A DNA stretch of 64,000 nt from the NCBI GenBank assembly GCA_003149935.1, contig QAMH01000006.1, positions 433,053 through 497,052 on the forward strand. Direction: 5' to 3'. The notes beneath the pieces were generated by a model. That model had not been told where the DNA came from and searched no databases. It worked only from the letters and a program-made list of their open reading frames with translations. Shown piece by piece: positions 30,992 to 41,336 of this stretch (the first letter of the stretch is position 1; each line of letters begins with the position of its first letter). Made by a program: the position numbers and the translations under genes. The stretch is from Coriobacteriia bacterium (GTDB taxonomy: Bacteria > Actinomycetota > Coriobacteriia > Coriobacteriales > QAMH01).

Positions 30992-31810
30992 CTACTTGTC
31001 ACCGTCGGGCATGATGGAGGGAATGTTGATCTGCGGAATCTGCTGGGTCGTGAGACGCGGTAGCTCGTCCTCGTCGATGGTGGGCACACCATCCGTGCGG
31101 TCATGCGCACCGCGCGTCTTGAGTTTGGGAAGCTCTGCCTCGACTTGAGCCTCGGTCACGCCCTGCGTGGTGAGGTTGTTGAACTCCTCCTTGGCATGAG
31201 CGGCAAAACGCTCGAGCATGTCGAGATACTGCTCGCGGAACTTCTGCGCGTAATCGTCGAGTGCCTTGATCTCGTTGTCGATGGCGGCCTTCTTGGCCAG
31301 GGACTCGCGGATGAACTCGCGAGCCTTCGCCTCGGACTCATGGTAGATGCGGTCGCCCTCGATGCGCGCGTCCTCCTTGATTTGAGCAGCGCTGCGCTGG
31401 GCGGATATAAATGCCTCGGCGATGGCATTGTCGAGCTTGTTCTTCTCGCCGAGCTGCTCCTGCATGGGCTCAAGCTTGGCCTCGGCCTCCTCGGCACGGA
31501 CGGTCATGGCAGCGAGGCGGCCCTGGGCGATCTCGAGCTCGCTGCGCAGCTCGCGCTCGACAAGACCAGCCTGCTCGAGCTCGGCAGGCGACGTGAGCGA
31601 CGCGGCGCTTGCCTCGGCAAGCTCCTCACGCGTCTTGGAGAGCTCGTCCTTTGCCTCCTTGAGCTCGGACTCGAGCTCCTCGATCTGCTTGTTCATCGCA
31701 TCGACCTCGTTGGCGACGCGCTCGAGGAAGACGTCGACCTGTCCAACGTCATAGCCGCGCAGTGCGTGCTCGAACCCCTCGTCCTGGATATCCTGCATCG
31801 TGATGGCCAT
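30992..31810 (-). CDS. divIVA: DivIVA domain-containing cell-pole/septum protein
   Basis: 272 aa. IQDEGFEHALRGYDVGQVDVFLERVANE followed by long coiled coil. Confidence 0.9.
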   Translation of the reverse strand: MAITMQDIQDEGFEHALRGYDVGQVDVFLERVANEVDAMNKQIEELESELKEAKDELSKTREELAEASAASLTSPAELEQAGLVERELRSELEIAQGRLAAMTVRAEEAEAKLEPMQEQLGEKNKLDNAIAEAFISAQRSAAQIKEDARIEGDRIYHESEAKAREFIRESLAKKAAIDNEIKALDDYAQKFREQYLDMLERFAAHAKEEFNNLTTQGVTEAQVEAELPKLKTRGAHDRTDGVPTIDEDELPRLTTQQIPQINIPSIMPDGDK

Positions 31811-31826
31811 GTTTAATCTTCCTTTC

Positions 31827-32105
31827 CTACAGGAGCGCGGCGATGAGCCGGCCCACCAGCTGCACGACGATAATCGCGAAAATCGGGCTTATGTCAAGCA
31901 TACCGCCAATAGGCGGAATTATACGCCTAAAGATATTGAGAAAGGGATCGCAAATGCGACCAAGCGCTCGATAGATGTCGCCAACCCATCCGGATTGGTG
32001 GTTGGGAAGCCAGCTCATGAGAATGTAGATGAGGATGACCGCGACGTATAAGTCGCAAATGCCCAGCAAAAGCGAACGCAGGAATATAAGCGTCGAGGAA
32101 ATCAT
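31827..32105 (-). CDS. yggT: YggT family membrane protein
   Basis: 92 aa, two TM segments. YILMSWLP..DPFLNIFRRIIPPIGGMLDISPI. Confidence 0.88.
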   Translation of the reverse strand: MISSTLIFLRSLLLGICDLYVAVILIYILMSWLPNHQSGWVGDIYRALGRICDPFLNIFRRIIPPIGGMLDISPIFAIIVVQLVGRLIAALL

Positions 32106-32929
32106 GCGCCCAGCTCCTTCGATCGACGCGCCGCTGCGACGACACCATCCTTCAACGCCTCCTCGACACCTGCCGTGCGCATGGCGTCAAGTGCGGCGAC
32201 TGTCGTGCCACCAGGACTGCTGACGGCATCGATGGCATCGGGCAGGCTCTGCCCCGTCTCGATGACCAGACGCGCGGTGCCGAGCATGGTCTGCAGGACG
32301 AGTTCTCGTGCATCCTCGTAGCGCATCCCCAGGCTGGCTGCGGTCTGTGCGATAACCTCCGCGAAGAGCTCGAAGTAGGCAGGACCCGAACCGCTCACGG
32401 CGCAGACGACATCCTGCTCGGACTCGTCCACGATGATTGCCTGGCCCATACTGGCAAAGAGCGCACGTACAAGCTCGCAATCCTGATCGCTTGCGGCACT
32501 GCCGGCACTTACCGCAGACATGCCGCAGCCGCATAGAAGCGGCGTATTGGGCATGACGCGCACGACGGGGACACCGGCACCGAGCACGTTCGCGATTTTA
32601 TCTGTGGAGACACCCGCGGCGATGGATATGACGAGGGTCGTGGCATCGATGCCCGCATCGACGAGCTCCGCACAAACCTCGAAAACCTTGGCGGGCTTGA
32701 CAGCAAGAACGACGCAGCTGGCAGGCATACCGGCTGCCGCGCTCGCAACGGTACGCACACCGAGCTCGGCCGCGATGTGATCGCGCTTTTCCTGCCCGGG
32801 ATTGGCAATGGTCAAGTTGTCCGCAGACATGCCATCAATACGCAGCATGCCCTGGGCAATGGCCTGACCCATGCGACCACCACCTACGATGAGTACATTT
32901 TGGAGTTCGTTTGCTATGGTGTTTTTCAT
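32102..32929 (-). CDS. proC: pyrroline-5-carboxylate reductase
   Basis: 275 aa. VGGGRMGQAIAQG, RVMPNTP, SSPGGTT. Confidence 0.92.
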   Translation of the reverse strand: MKNTIANELQNVLIVGGGRMGQAIAQGMLRIDGMSADNLTIANPGQEKRDHIAAELGVRTVASAAAGMPASCVVLAVKPAKVFEVCAELVDAGIDATTLVISIAAGVSTDKIANVLGAGVPVVRVMPNTPLLCGCGMSAVSAGSAASDQDCELVRALFASMGQAIIVDESEQDVVCAVSGSGPAYFELFAEVIAQTAASLGMRYEDARELVLQTMLGTARLVIETGQSLPDAIDAVSSPGGTTVAALDAMRTAGVEEALKDGVVAAARRSKELGA

Positions 32930-32935
32930 CTTGCC

Positions 32936-33739
32936 CTATCGTGCGTTATCGTCTTCTATCTTGAGAACATCCTGCGAAACGAGATATTCGCGATCTTCCT
33001 CGCTTAGAGGCTCGGAGCTCTTCGAAATCACAAAGACGCGCTCGGCCGCCTTGCCGACGTTGAGGTTGAGAGCACTTGCGACACCGAAGGAGAAGTCGAG
33101 GATGCGCTTGGCAAGCGAGGCCTTGGTGTCGACGACATTGAGGATGACCGTCTTGCCGGCCTTCGCGGCATTGGCGACCTTCTCGATGTCGGCGTATGCC
33201 TTGGGGCAGACGATCTCGAGCCTGCCAGCAGGATTGCCCTTGATCTTGAGAAAATCGGAGCCGAGCGACGCATATGGGTCACGGCTCGTGTGCGTGGGTG
33301 CCGGCGAATCCAGAAAGGACGGATCCTGAGGAGCCGACCAGGTGGGCTCCCCCACCGAACGCGATGTATCGCGACGCGAGGAGGAACTGCCGATGCCCCT
33401 ACCATATGAGCTCGACGACGAACGTGAGGAGTACCCACGCGAAGATCGTGCCGTCGAATCGAGACTATCGTAGGAAGCGACGCGCGGCTTGCGATCAGAC
33501 GACAGGGTCACGTGCTCGAAATTGCTGGGATTGTAGGAGTCGAAGGAAATGACCTCGCTGCGACGCGTGCTACCGCGCCTCTCCTCTACACCCGTATCTC
33601 CGTAATCATCGTAATCGTCGTCATAGACGACATCGTCCTCGTAGTACTCGGCGTCATCATCAGCCCACTCAGGTTTTCCGCCAAATCCGAGCCGGTCCTT
33701 CATACCGCCCAAAAGACTCATAGTCAGTGCCTCGCTCAT
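32936..33739 (-). CDS. sepF: cell division protein SepF
   Basis: 267 aa. Long disordered acidic/Ser-rich N-terminal half, C-terminal SepF core IVCPKAYADIEKVANAAKAGKTVILNV..RILDFSFGVASAL. Confidence 0.9.
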   Translation of the reverse strand: MSEALTMSLLGGMKDRLGFGGKPEWADDDAEYYEDDVVYDDDYDDYGDTGVEERRGSTRRSEVISFDSYNPSNFEHVTLSSDRKPRVASYDSLDSTARSSRGYSSRSSSSSYGRGIGSSSSRRDTSRSVGEPTWSAPQDPSFLDSPAPTHTSRDPYASLGSDFLKIKGNPAGRLEIVCPKAYADIEKVANAAKAGKTVILNVVDTKASLAKRILDFSFGVASALNLNVGKAAERVFVISKSSEPLSEEDREYLVSQDVLKIEDDNAR

Positions 33740-33769
33740 ATGAAACAGGCACCCAGGTTCGTGGTGACG

Positions 33770-34465
33770 CTAGAGTGCCTTGAAGTTATCGTCAAAAATC
33801 CTTCTACCAATGCGAACCATGGTGGCGCCTTCCTCAATTGCCACGGGATAGTCTTCAGACATGCCCATCGATAGTTCGCTCATAGAAATACTATCACGCT
33901 CATCGCAATATTTTGACATCATCTGGCTTAAGTTTTGCAACCCGGCAAATGTTTTCCGGGCAATGTCGATGTCACCTTGGGGAGCCATGGTCATCAATCC
34001 CTTGCAGGCGACGTGCTCGCATTGCGCGATGCGCTCGAGAAAGGCGGGCAGATTGTCAGGGCGGATGCCGCCCTTGCTCTCCTCACCCGAAACCGAGACC
34101 TCGACGAGCACGTCCTGGACGCACTCCCCGTGCGCGGCCGCCTTCTCGATGGCATCGAGAAGCGTGAGACGGTCAAGCGAATGGATGAGAAAGGCCTTGC
34201 CAACGATGTGGCGTGCCTTGTTCGATTGGAGCGTCCCGATAAAATGCCAACGCGCGTCTGGGTAGAGAGCGCACTTCTCGTTAAACGGTTTGTCGCGGTT
34301 CTCCCCGAAATCCGTGACGCCGCAGGCAATTGCCTCTCCGACGACGGGAGGCTCGACCGTCTTGCTCACGGCGATGATTCTCACGTCTTGCGGATTCCTG
34401 CCGCAGTTCTCGCATATGCGTGCGACATCCTCACGGGTGCTTTCCCAGCGTTGTTCCAGACTCAT
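33770..34465 (-). CDS. yggS: YggS-family pyridoxal-phosphate homeostasis protein
   Basis: 231 aa. IIAVSKTV (PLP Lys), WHFIGTLQSNK, LSMGMSEDY. Confidence 0.92.
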   Translation of the reverse strand: MSLEQRWESTREDVARICENCGRNPQDVRIIAVSKTVEPPVVGEAIACGVTDFGENRDKPFNEKCALYPDARWHFIGTLQSNKARHIVGKAFLIHSLDRLTLLDAIEKAAAHGECVQDVLVEVSVSGEESKGGIRPDNLPAFLERIAQCEHVACKGLMTMAPQGDIDIARKTFAGLQNLSQMMSKYCDERDSISMSELSMGMSEDYPVAIEEGATMVRIGRRIFDDNFKAL

Positions 34466-35328
34466 GATTCCTCTTTTCGAATCGCAAATGCGCCATGACG
34501 TCCCGTGACGCCAGCATCAGCTCGATACGAATAGTACGCGTCATGACGACATGACGTACAGACACCTGCGTCCACAATTCTATCTTCCGCAGCGCCCGCC
34601 CGCGCAAGCGAGGCTATGACCGCAGCTGATAAATCCAGGTGATTGTTGCCTGCATCACAACTCTCGCCAAATTCGGCAACAAATTGCCCAACGAGTTCAG
34701 CGGATACTTCGTAGCAGCATGACCCGATGTGGGGACCGATGTAGCAGTTGATATCCGACGCAACGCACTGTGCTGCCAGCTGCAGCTTGCGCAGGCCCTT
34801 GCCCGCAATGCCGGCAATGGAGCCACGCCAGCCAGAGTGAATGACAGCAAACGATCCATCTGGAGCAACGAGGATCACGGGGACGCAGTCCGCGAAGCAG
34901 AGCAAAACAGGCACCTCTGGCTGCATGCATACGACCCCATCAGCCTCACCAGCGGATTTCTGCTGTGATTCGACAATTTGTCTAATTTCGATGAATTCAC
35001 TTCCATGCACTTGAAGTGGTGAAATTAGACTTTCTATACAATTATCAGCATCAAGTGCAGCGCAGAGCAATCTTCTATTGGTATCGACACACCCTGCATC
35101 GTCACCAACGCTGTACGAAAGATTGAGACCAGCATAGGAGCCCTCGCTCACTCCCCCGGCACGCGTCGTAAATGCGATGCGTGCCCCGCATGTCGCGAAG
35201 AGCGCTTCGTCGCTGAGAACGCACAGCTCGGCATCGGCAGCACAAAAAGGAATCTCCGCCAGCTGCGGAAGCGGGAGGCGGAGATTCTTGGTTGCGCGCA
35301 TGTGGGAGTTGGCTATCCCGCGAGGCAT
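34462..35328 (-). CDS. pgeF: peptidoglycan editing factor PgeF (YfiH/DUF152)
   Basis: 288 aa. FTTRAGGVS, QVHG, ADCVPVIL, HSGWRG, CTSC..YYSYR. TAATG overlap with the ftsZ stop. The true start may be internal. Confidence 0.88.
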   Translation of the reverse strand: MPRGIANSHMRATKNLRLPLPQLAEIPFCAADAELCVLSDEALFATCGARIAFTTRAGGVSEGSYAGLNLSYSVGDDAGCVDTNRRLLCAALDADNCIESLISPLQVHGSEFIEIRQIVESQQKSAGEADGVVCMQPEVPVLLCFADCVPVILVAPDGSFAVIHSGWRGSIAGIAGKGLRKLQLAAQCVASDINCYIGPHIGSCCYEVSAELVGQFVAEFGESCDAGNNHLDLSAAVIASLARAGAAEDRIVDAGVCTSCRHDAYYSYRADAGVTGRHGAFAIRKEES

Positions 35329-36416
35329 TAGTAACGGCTGCGCTTGAGGAAGTCGGGGATGTCGTCATCGAAGGCAGGCGTAAGGTTGTCCTCGGGAGCG
35401 GATGCCGCAAAGGTCTGGCTTACACTCGGTCTGCCACCGAGGTCCATGCTCGCCTGCTGCTCGGTGCCGTCGAAACCCGTGGCGATGACGGTGACGCGGA
35501 TTTGGTCACCCATGGACTCGTCGATGACGGTACCGAAGATGATGTTCGCGTCTTCGTCGGCCGCGGAGTTGATGATCTGCGAGGCCTCGTCGATCTCCTG
35601 CAGGCTCATGTCGCTACCACCCGTGATGGAATACAGGATGCGATCCGCGCCCACAATGGAGGACTCGAGGAGCTTCGAGGAGATGGCCTCCTTGGCAGCA
35701 TCGGCCGCGCGATTCTCGCCCGAGGCAATGCCGATGCCCATCATCGCGGAGCCAGCGTCTTTCATGATGGCGCGGACGTCTGCGAAGTCGAGGTTGATGA
35801 GACCAGGAATCGTGATGAGGTCCGTAATGCCCTGGGTACCCTGACGCAGGATGTCGTCCGCGATGCGGAACGCGTCGAGCATGGAGGTGCGCTTCTCGAT
35901 GACCTGGAGAAGGCGGTCGTTGGGAACGACGATGAGCGTGTCGACCTTCTGGGCGAGCAGAGCAACGCCCTCCTCGGCCTGGTTCATGCGCTTGCGTCCC
36001 TCGAAGCCGAAGGGCTTGGTGACAACGCCAACCGTAAGAGCGCCAATCTCCTCCATGGCAATCTCTGCCACGACGGGAGCGGCACCCGTGCCCGTTCCGC
36101 CACCCTCGCCCGCAGTGACGAAGACCATGTCTGCACCAGCAAGCGCGTCGCGGATATCGGCACGGGACTCCTCAGCCGCCTGCGCGCCAATCTCGGGGTT
36201 GGCACCGGCACCGAGGCCACGCGTAAGCTCTTCGCCGATGTGAACCGTACGGTCTGCATCGGACATGAGCAGTGCTTGTCTATCAGTATTGATGGCGATG
36301 AACTCGACACCCTTGACGCCGGCCTCAACCATGCGGTTGACGGCATTCGTGCCGCCGCCGCCAACGCCGACCACCTTGATTACAGCGAGATGGTCAGATC
36401 CTGTGTACTCGGGCAT
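35328..36416 (-). CDS. ftsZ: cell division GTPase FtsZ
   Basis: I start at ATG 36416 ([29 protein letters not shown]), giving 362 aa. [11 protein letters not shown] tubulin signature. The track start at 36515 adds an implausible leader. Confidence 0.95.
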   Translation of the reverse strand: MPEYTGSDHLAVIKVVGVGGGGTNAVNRMVEAGVKGVEFIAINTDRQALLMSDADRTVHIGEELTRGLGAGANPEIGAQAAEESRADIRDALAGADMVFVTAGEGGGTGTGAAPVVAEIAMEEIGALTVGVVTKPFGFEGRKRMNQAEEGVALLAQKVDTLIVVPNDRLLQVIEKRTSMLDAFRIADDILRQGTQGITDLITIPGLINLDFADVRAIMKDAGSAMMGIGIASGENRAADAAKEAISSKLLESSIVGADRILYSITGGSDMSLQEIDEASQIINSAADEDANIIFGTVIDESMGDQIRVTVIATGFDGTEQQASMDLGGRPSVSQTFAASAPEDNLTPAFDDDIPDFLKRSRY

Positions 36417-36765
36417 GTCAGTCCTTCCTACGTTTAAGGAATCCTCGTCATCCGTCGGGATTCCTTTTTGTGCTCCGTTTAGTCTGTCAAATGTTAGAAA
36501 AATCAGTCCAGACAAGTATACACTTCGCGCAAAGTATCGCCACGATATCCATCATTTTTTAGGTGAATTTTGCGTGTTTTCCTTTATGATTTCTGGTCAA
36601 ATTTAGCGTTTTGAGCAATTTACATCAACAAAGCCCTTTCATACCTATGTGACTACCATTCTCCCGCCGACGGTTTTGAAACGAACGTTGATCATCTCAT
36701 TCCCAGTTTCTTGAAATCACTCCAAACCGTTGCATTCGCTCGGCTATTCAAACGCAAGATGCCCC

Positions 36766-36796
36766 GCGGCCCACATGTCATTGTCATGCGGGCCGC
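36766..36796 (-). terminator. stem-loop after the SDR gene, upstream of the ftsZ leader
   Basis: GCGGCCCACATG-TCATTGT-CATGCGGGCCGC (12-bp stem, one mismatch), 10 nt after the SDR stop. No U-tract. Confidence 0.45.
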
Positions 36797-36806
36797 CAGA
36801 TGCTTT

Positions 36807-37607
36807 CTACCAGGTGCGCGATGCCATGGCGCGGAACTGCGCCACCGTGGGCACATGCGCGTTGAGGCCGCCATCGACGGTGACGACCTGACCGGTGAAG
36901 TAGGCACTTTCGTCAGAGCCGAGGTAGACGCACATTGCGGCGATGTCCTCGGGGCTTCCGTAGCGCGTCACCTCGATGTTATCCAGGAAGATCTGTTTGA
37001 GCGCATCGGGGACCTTCGACTCGTTTTCCGGCGTCACGATGAGACCGGGGCGCACGCAGTTGCAGCGGATGTCCTGCTTGCCGTATTGCAGTGCGGTGTA
37101 TTGGGTGAGCATCTCGACGCCGGCCTTCGCACAGGCATACGCTGTCGTGCCCAAATCACCTGAGCACGACGCCATCGAGCCGATGTTGATGATGGAGCCG
37201 CCTCCGTTCTTCTGCAGGTAGGGCAGCGCGACCTTGGTGCAGTAGAAGGTGCTGCGAATGTCGCTCGCAAACACGGCATCCCATTCCTCGAGCGAGATCT
37301 CGTCAACGCGACCGTCTTTGAGAGCCATGCCCGCAGCGTTGTTCACGAGAATGTCGATCTTGCCATAGGCAGCCTCGGTATCGGCAAAGAGCGCATCCAC
37401 GGTCTCGGGCTTGGTGATATCGAGGAAGTGGAACGTCGCCTCGCCACCTGCCTCGGCAATGGCATCGACCACGGCCTGACCGCGTTCCTCGCGACGACCG
37501 CACACGACGACCTTCGCGCCCTCGGCGCCGTACATCTTGGCAATTCCCGTTCCGATGCCGCTCGTCGACCCCGTGACGATGGCGACCTTGTCCTTCAAAC
37601 GATCCAT
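36807..37607 (-). CDS. SDR-family oxidoreductase (classical, motifs intact)
   Basis: 266 aa. VTGSTSGIGTGIA, NNAAG, S..YACAKAG. Confidence 0.88.
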   Translation of the reverse strand: MDRLKDKVAIVTGSTSGIGTGIAKMYGAEGAKVVVCGRREERGQAVVDAIAEAGGEATFHFLDITKPETVDALFADTEAAYGKIDILVNNAAGMALKDGRVDEISLEEWDAVFASDIRSTFYCTKVALPYLQKNGGGSIINIGSMASCSGDLGTTAYACAKAGVEMLTQYTALQYGKQDIRCNCVRPGLIVTPENESKVPDALKQIFLDNIEVTRYGSPEDIAAMCVYLGSDESAYFTGQVVTVDGGLNAHVPTVAQFRAMASRTW

Positions 37608-37723
37608 TTCGCTTTCCCTTCATACGTTTGCACGGAAAACCTGCATGTTCGCATGACAATATGCGAACACCCGGGTCCTGATAATTCTAGACGATTGACG
37701 GAAAGCCAGGTTGCGGATTGCTC

Positions 37724-38725
37724 CTACTCCCCTTCGAGCATGCGATAGGTGGGACGCGTCGGAACGCGGACGTTGATGTAGGAGATCCTCCCCTCGTATT
37801 CGTTGAGCAGCGAGTTGATGACCGCTTCCTTGACCTCGATGTCGCTCGAATCGCCAAAGGCAACCGTCACGCCATCAACCAGATTGAGCGAGGTCTTGAT
37901 GGAGGACTCGGCCGAGATGCTCACGATGCGCGAGCGCAGGTCACCGCTGATGGAATTGAGGATATCGAGCGCGTTGTTGATACCACCATCCGCGCACATG
38001 GCACCCGAAATGGGTGCCGGCATGGACGGTGACACGTCGATGATCTTCATCGCGTTTTCCCAGTCGTCGGTCGTGGCAGCGGAGAGCCATGCGCCATCCG
38101 TCGAGATGACCCAATTCGAGCGATCGTTGATCTTGACGACGGCACCCGGCTCGCGCTCGGTGATGTCGATCACGATGGTATCGGGAAAGACGCGGTGAAT
38201 GGCCGCATTCTGCACCCAGGCATTGTCCTCGAGACGCTCCTTGATGCCCTTGGAATCGAGACGCAACAGCGTCGAGTCATCGGACACGGCGGCAATGCTC
38301 GTAATCTCCTGGCTCGTAAGATGAGCCGAACCGTTGACCTGCACGTTGTTGACATGGAAGAGGTCGGAGCGATAGATGAAGATGCTTCCGAAGATGATGA
38401 GGAGGATGACCGCGATAACAATGGCGATGCGGGCGATATAGCGTAGGTACTGCCAGCGTTGACGCTTGGCGCGCTGCTCGGCACGGATATCGCCGGCACG
38501 CCTGCCCTTGTCGAGGGCCTTCCTCTTGGACTCGTTAGCCTGCTTCTGGGCGTTCTCGGATGATTGGCGCGCCTTGTTGGTGCGCTGCAGGCGTGCGGAT
38601 TTCTTGTTCTGGTGAGCCTTGACCGACGAGCGTCGTGCCCGCGAGTTAGCTCCCGTATTCTGCTTTCTGCCCCGCCTCGAGCGGGAGCTCGAGGAATCTG
38701 ACCTCGAGCGAGAGGCTGATGCCAT
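37724..38725 (-). CDS. ftsQ: cell division protein FtsQ (POTRA)
   Basis: 333 aa. Basic disordered N-terminus, one TM, POTRA FHVNNVQVNGSAHLTSQEI..IHRVFPDTIVIDITEREP. Confidence 0.88.
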   Translation of the reverse strand: MASASRSRSDSSSSRSRRGRKQNTGANSRARRSSVKAHQNKKSARLQRTNKARQSSENAQKQANESKRKALDKGRRAGDIRAEQRAKRQRWQYLRYIARIAIVIAVILLIIFGSIFIYRSDLFHVNNVQVNGSAHLTSQEITSIAAVSDDSTLLRLDSKGIKERLEDNAWVQNAAIHRVFPDTIVIDITEREPGAVVKINDRSNWVISTDGAWLSAATTDDWENAMKIIDVSPSMPAPISGAMCADGGINNALDILNSISGDLRSRIVSISAESSIKTSLNLVDGVTVAFGDSSDIEVKEAVINSLLNEYEGRISYINVRVPTRPTYRMLEGE

Positions 38726-38765
38726 AGCACTCCTTCACGCGATCACGCGCGACGTATGAGCAATT

Positions 38766-40154
38766 CTACTCCCCGGCCAATGCATGCGTGAGCAGCGGTG
38801 CCATCGCCGTGACATCCCCCGCGCCCATCGTGATGATGAGGTCGCCCGCCGAGAGCCTTTGTAGCAGGAAGGGAATAATCTCGGGGCGATGGGGCAACCA
38901 GGCAACCTGCTGACGGGGGTTATGTCGCAAGATGGAATCGATGACCGTCTTGCCGGTGATCCCCGGGATGGGTGTCTCGCCAGCTGGATACACATCCATG
39001 ACGATAATGGAGTCCGCCTCGTCGAAAGCCGGGCCGAACTCACGCGCGAGTGACTCGGTGCGCGAGTAGCGATGCGGCTGGAACAAGACGTGCACATGAT
39101 TGAAGTCGAGCTTGGAGGCAGCCTCGATGGTTGCCCGAATCTCGGTGGGATGATGGGCGTAGTCATCGACGACGACGACGCCACCTTCCTCGCCGACGAG
39201 GTCGAAGCGCCTACGCACGCCAGAGAAGGTCGCGAGTGCGCGAGCCGCCTGCGCGACATCGAGACCGCAAGCCCACACGACGCCAAGCACGCCCGTGGCG
39301 TTGAGGACGTTGTGACGTCCGGGATTCTTCGTAATCTCCGTCTCGACACTCGTGCCATCGGGGAAGCTCACGGTGAAGGCATAGCCAAGACCCCGTCTGC
39401 CCGTAACCTCGAAGCAGACGTCGCAATCGGCACTCCCCTTCTCGCCATAAACGATGGTTCGCTTGCCAACTCCACGCGCAACTTGTGCAAGTCGTGGATT
39501 GTCCGCGCAGACGACGGCAGCGCCATCGTCAGGCAGCAACGAGAGAAAATCGGCGAAAGCGTCGTATATAGCCTCGAGGCTGCCGTAATGGTCGAGATGG
39601 TCGGGCTCGATGTTTGTTACGAGCGCGACGTGCGGAGAAAGATGCACGAAGGAGCCATCAGACTCGTCGGCCTCGACGATGTAATACTCGCCCGTGCCGC
39701 TCTTGGCATTGGTGTCGTAGCCATCGACCGTGCCACCGATAACGAAGCTCGGATCGAGCCCCATGCGATCGATGGTCGTCGCAAGCATCGAGGAGGTGGT
39801 CGTCTTGCCGTGCGTGCCAGCGCAGGCAAGCGTCTTCTTGCCCTCCCCGAGCGAGGCAAGCGCCTGAGAGCGATGCCATACGGGGATACCTCGCTTGCGT
39901 GCCGCAGCGAGCTCGGGGTTTCTCTCGGGAATGGCACTCGAGATAACGACCGCGTCAAGATCATCCGCGAGATTTGCAGCATCGTGCCCGATCATGACCT
40001 CGACACCCGCATCCACCAGACGCTTGGTGGCACGCGACTCCTTCATGTCCGAGCCGCTCACCTCCACGCCACGAGACTTGGCGACGAGCGCTATGCCCGA
40101 CATGCCAACACCACCGATGCCGATGAAGTGTATCTTCTTGGGTTTATTCACCAT
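38766..40154 (-). CDS. murC: UDP-N-acetylmuramate--L-alanine ligase
   Basis: Start at ATG 40154 (MVNKPKKIHFIGIGGVGMSGIA). The track start at 40190 is also possible. GTHGKTTT. Confidence 0.94.
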   Translation of the reverse strand: MVNKPKKIHFIGIGGVGMSGIALVAKSRGVEVSGSDMKESRATKRLVDAGVEVMIGHDAANLADDLDAVVISSAIPERNPELAAARKRGIPVWHRSQALASLGEGKKTLACAGTHGKTTTSSMLATTIDRMGLDPSFVIGGTVDGYDTNAKSGTGEYYIVEADESDGSFVHLSPHVALVTNIEPDHLDHYGSLEAIYDAFADFLSLLPDDGAAVVCADNPRLAQVARGVGKRTIVYGEKGSADCDVCFEVTGRRGLGYAFTVSFPDGTSVETEITKNPGRHNVLNATGVLGVVWACGLDVAQAARALATFSGVRRRFDLVGEEGGVVVVDDYAHHPTEIRATIEAASKLDFNHVHVLFQPHRYSRTESLAREFGPAFDEADSIIVMDVYPAGETPIPGITGKTVIDSILRHNPRQQVAWLPHRPEIIPFLLQRLSAGDLIITMGAGDVTAMAPLLTHALAGE

Positions 40155-41256
40155 TGTTCCCTCGTGCGCATTGTTCGACCATATCGGCAAGACGCATGCG
40201 CGCGTCCGAGCCGGAGAGTTTCTTACAAGCTTGCCTCATGGTATCACGACATGCGGTATCGTCGAGAAGACCTATCACCAAATCAGCAAAGCCTACCGTC
40301 TCCACCTCGGAATCGGGAACGAGCCGTGCGGCACCAAGCTCCACACATGATTGCGCGTTGAGCGTCTGGTGATCTGCACGGGCGTGCGGATAGGGAACGA
40401 GCACCGCCGGAACGCCAACTGTCATGATCTCGGCAAGGGAGGTCGCACCGGCCCTGCTGATGACCAAATCGCTTGCGGCAAGAACCTCGTTCATCGAATC
40501 GATATAGGGCGAGACGCGCCAACGCTCGCGCTCGTCATCGGATAGATTGAGCTGAGTGAGCACGTTCTCGTAGTCGCCCTCGCCCGTGGATTGAATGACA
40601 TGCAACCCGTCGATGGCAAGTAGACGTTCCTTCATCTCGCAAATCGCCTTGTTGATATGCTGCGCACCAAGGCTGCCGCCCATGACGAGCAAGACGGTCG
40701 CATCATCGGAAATGCCGAGTGCGGCCCGAGCCTGCTCGCGCGTGCAGCTCTCGAAGGAAGCGCGCACGGGATTGCCAAGAACGACTGGCTCGCAATGGGC
40801 GCCCTCGATGCCCTTGGCGCTTTCCGCGTAGGTGAGCGCGATTGCCGTGGCGTGCTTGGCAAGATAGACGTTTGCCATGCCAGTCACGGAGTTCTGCTCG
40901 TGAATGACGAGAGGGATATCCATCTCGAAGGCGGCCCTGCCCACCGGAATGGATACGTAGGCCCCGAAGGTGACGACGGCGTCGGGGCGTTTGCGCGCGA
41001 AGAGCCTCTTGGCGCAACGCGTTGCCTTGAGGAGTTTGACGCCCGACGTCAGCATGGTGAGGGGATGCGCCTTGTCAAAGCCACTTACCGCGAAGCCCGC
41101 AAACTCGAAGCCGGCCTGCGTCGCAAGCCTCGACTCGATATGGTCGGGCGTTCCCACGAAGAGAATCTCATGCCCACGGTGGCGCAGCTCATCGGCAACG
41201 GCAAGCGCCGGATTGATATGGCCGGCGGTTCCACCGGCAGAAATGACGAAATACAC
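40144..41256 (-). CDS. murG: undecaprenyldiphospho-muramoylpentapeptide beta-N-acetylglucosaminyltransferase
   Basis: 370 aa. ISAGGTAGHINPALAVA, MGGSLGA, ISRAGATSLAE. Confidence 0.94.
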   Translation of the reverse strand: MYFVISAGGTAGHINPALAVADELRHRGHEILFVGTPDHIESRLATQAGFEFAGFAVSGFDKAHPLTMLTSGVKLLKATRCAKRLFARKRPDAVVTFGAYVSIPVGRAAFEMDIPLVIHEQNSVTGMANVYLAKHATAIALTYAESAKGIEGAHCEPVVLGNPVRASFESCTREQARAALGISDDATVLLVMGGSLGAQHINKAICEMKERLLAIDGLHVIQSTGEGDYENVLTQLNLSDDERERWRVSPYIDSMNEVLAASDLVISRAGATSLAEIMTVGVPAVLVPYPHARADHQTLNAQSCVELGAARLVPDSEVETVGFADLVIGLLDDTACRDTMRQACKKLSGSDARMRLADMVEQCARGNNGE

Positions 41257-41336
41257 GGCAGACTCCCTTTCAAACGTAGCGAGAAGTGTACCCCATACCC
41301 AAGGCCCTTGGCAGAGCAGGGCATCACGACAGACGG

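Noticed and set aside
30325-31014. 229-aa plus-strand ORF.
   Set aside because: It overlaps the RNase P RNA gene and the yggU CDS on the opposite strand, and its composition is Pro/Ser/Arg-rich noise.
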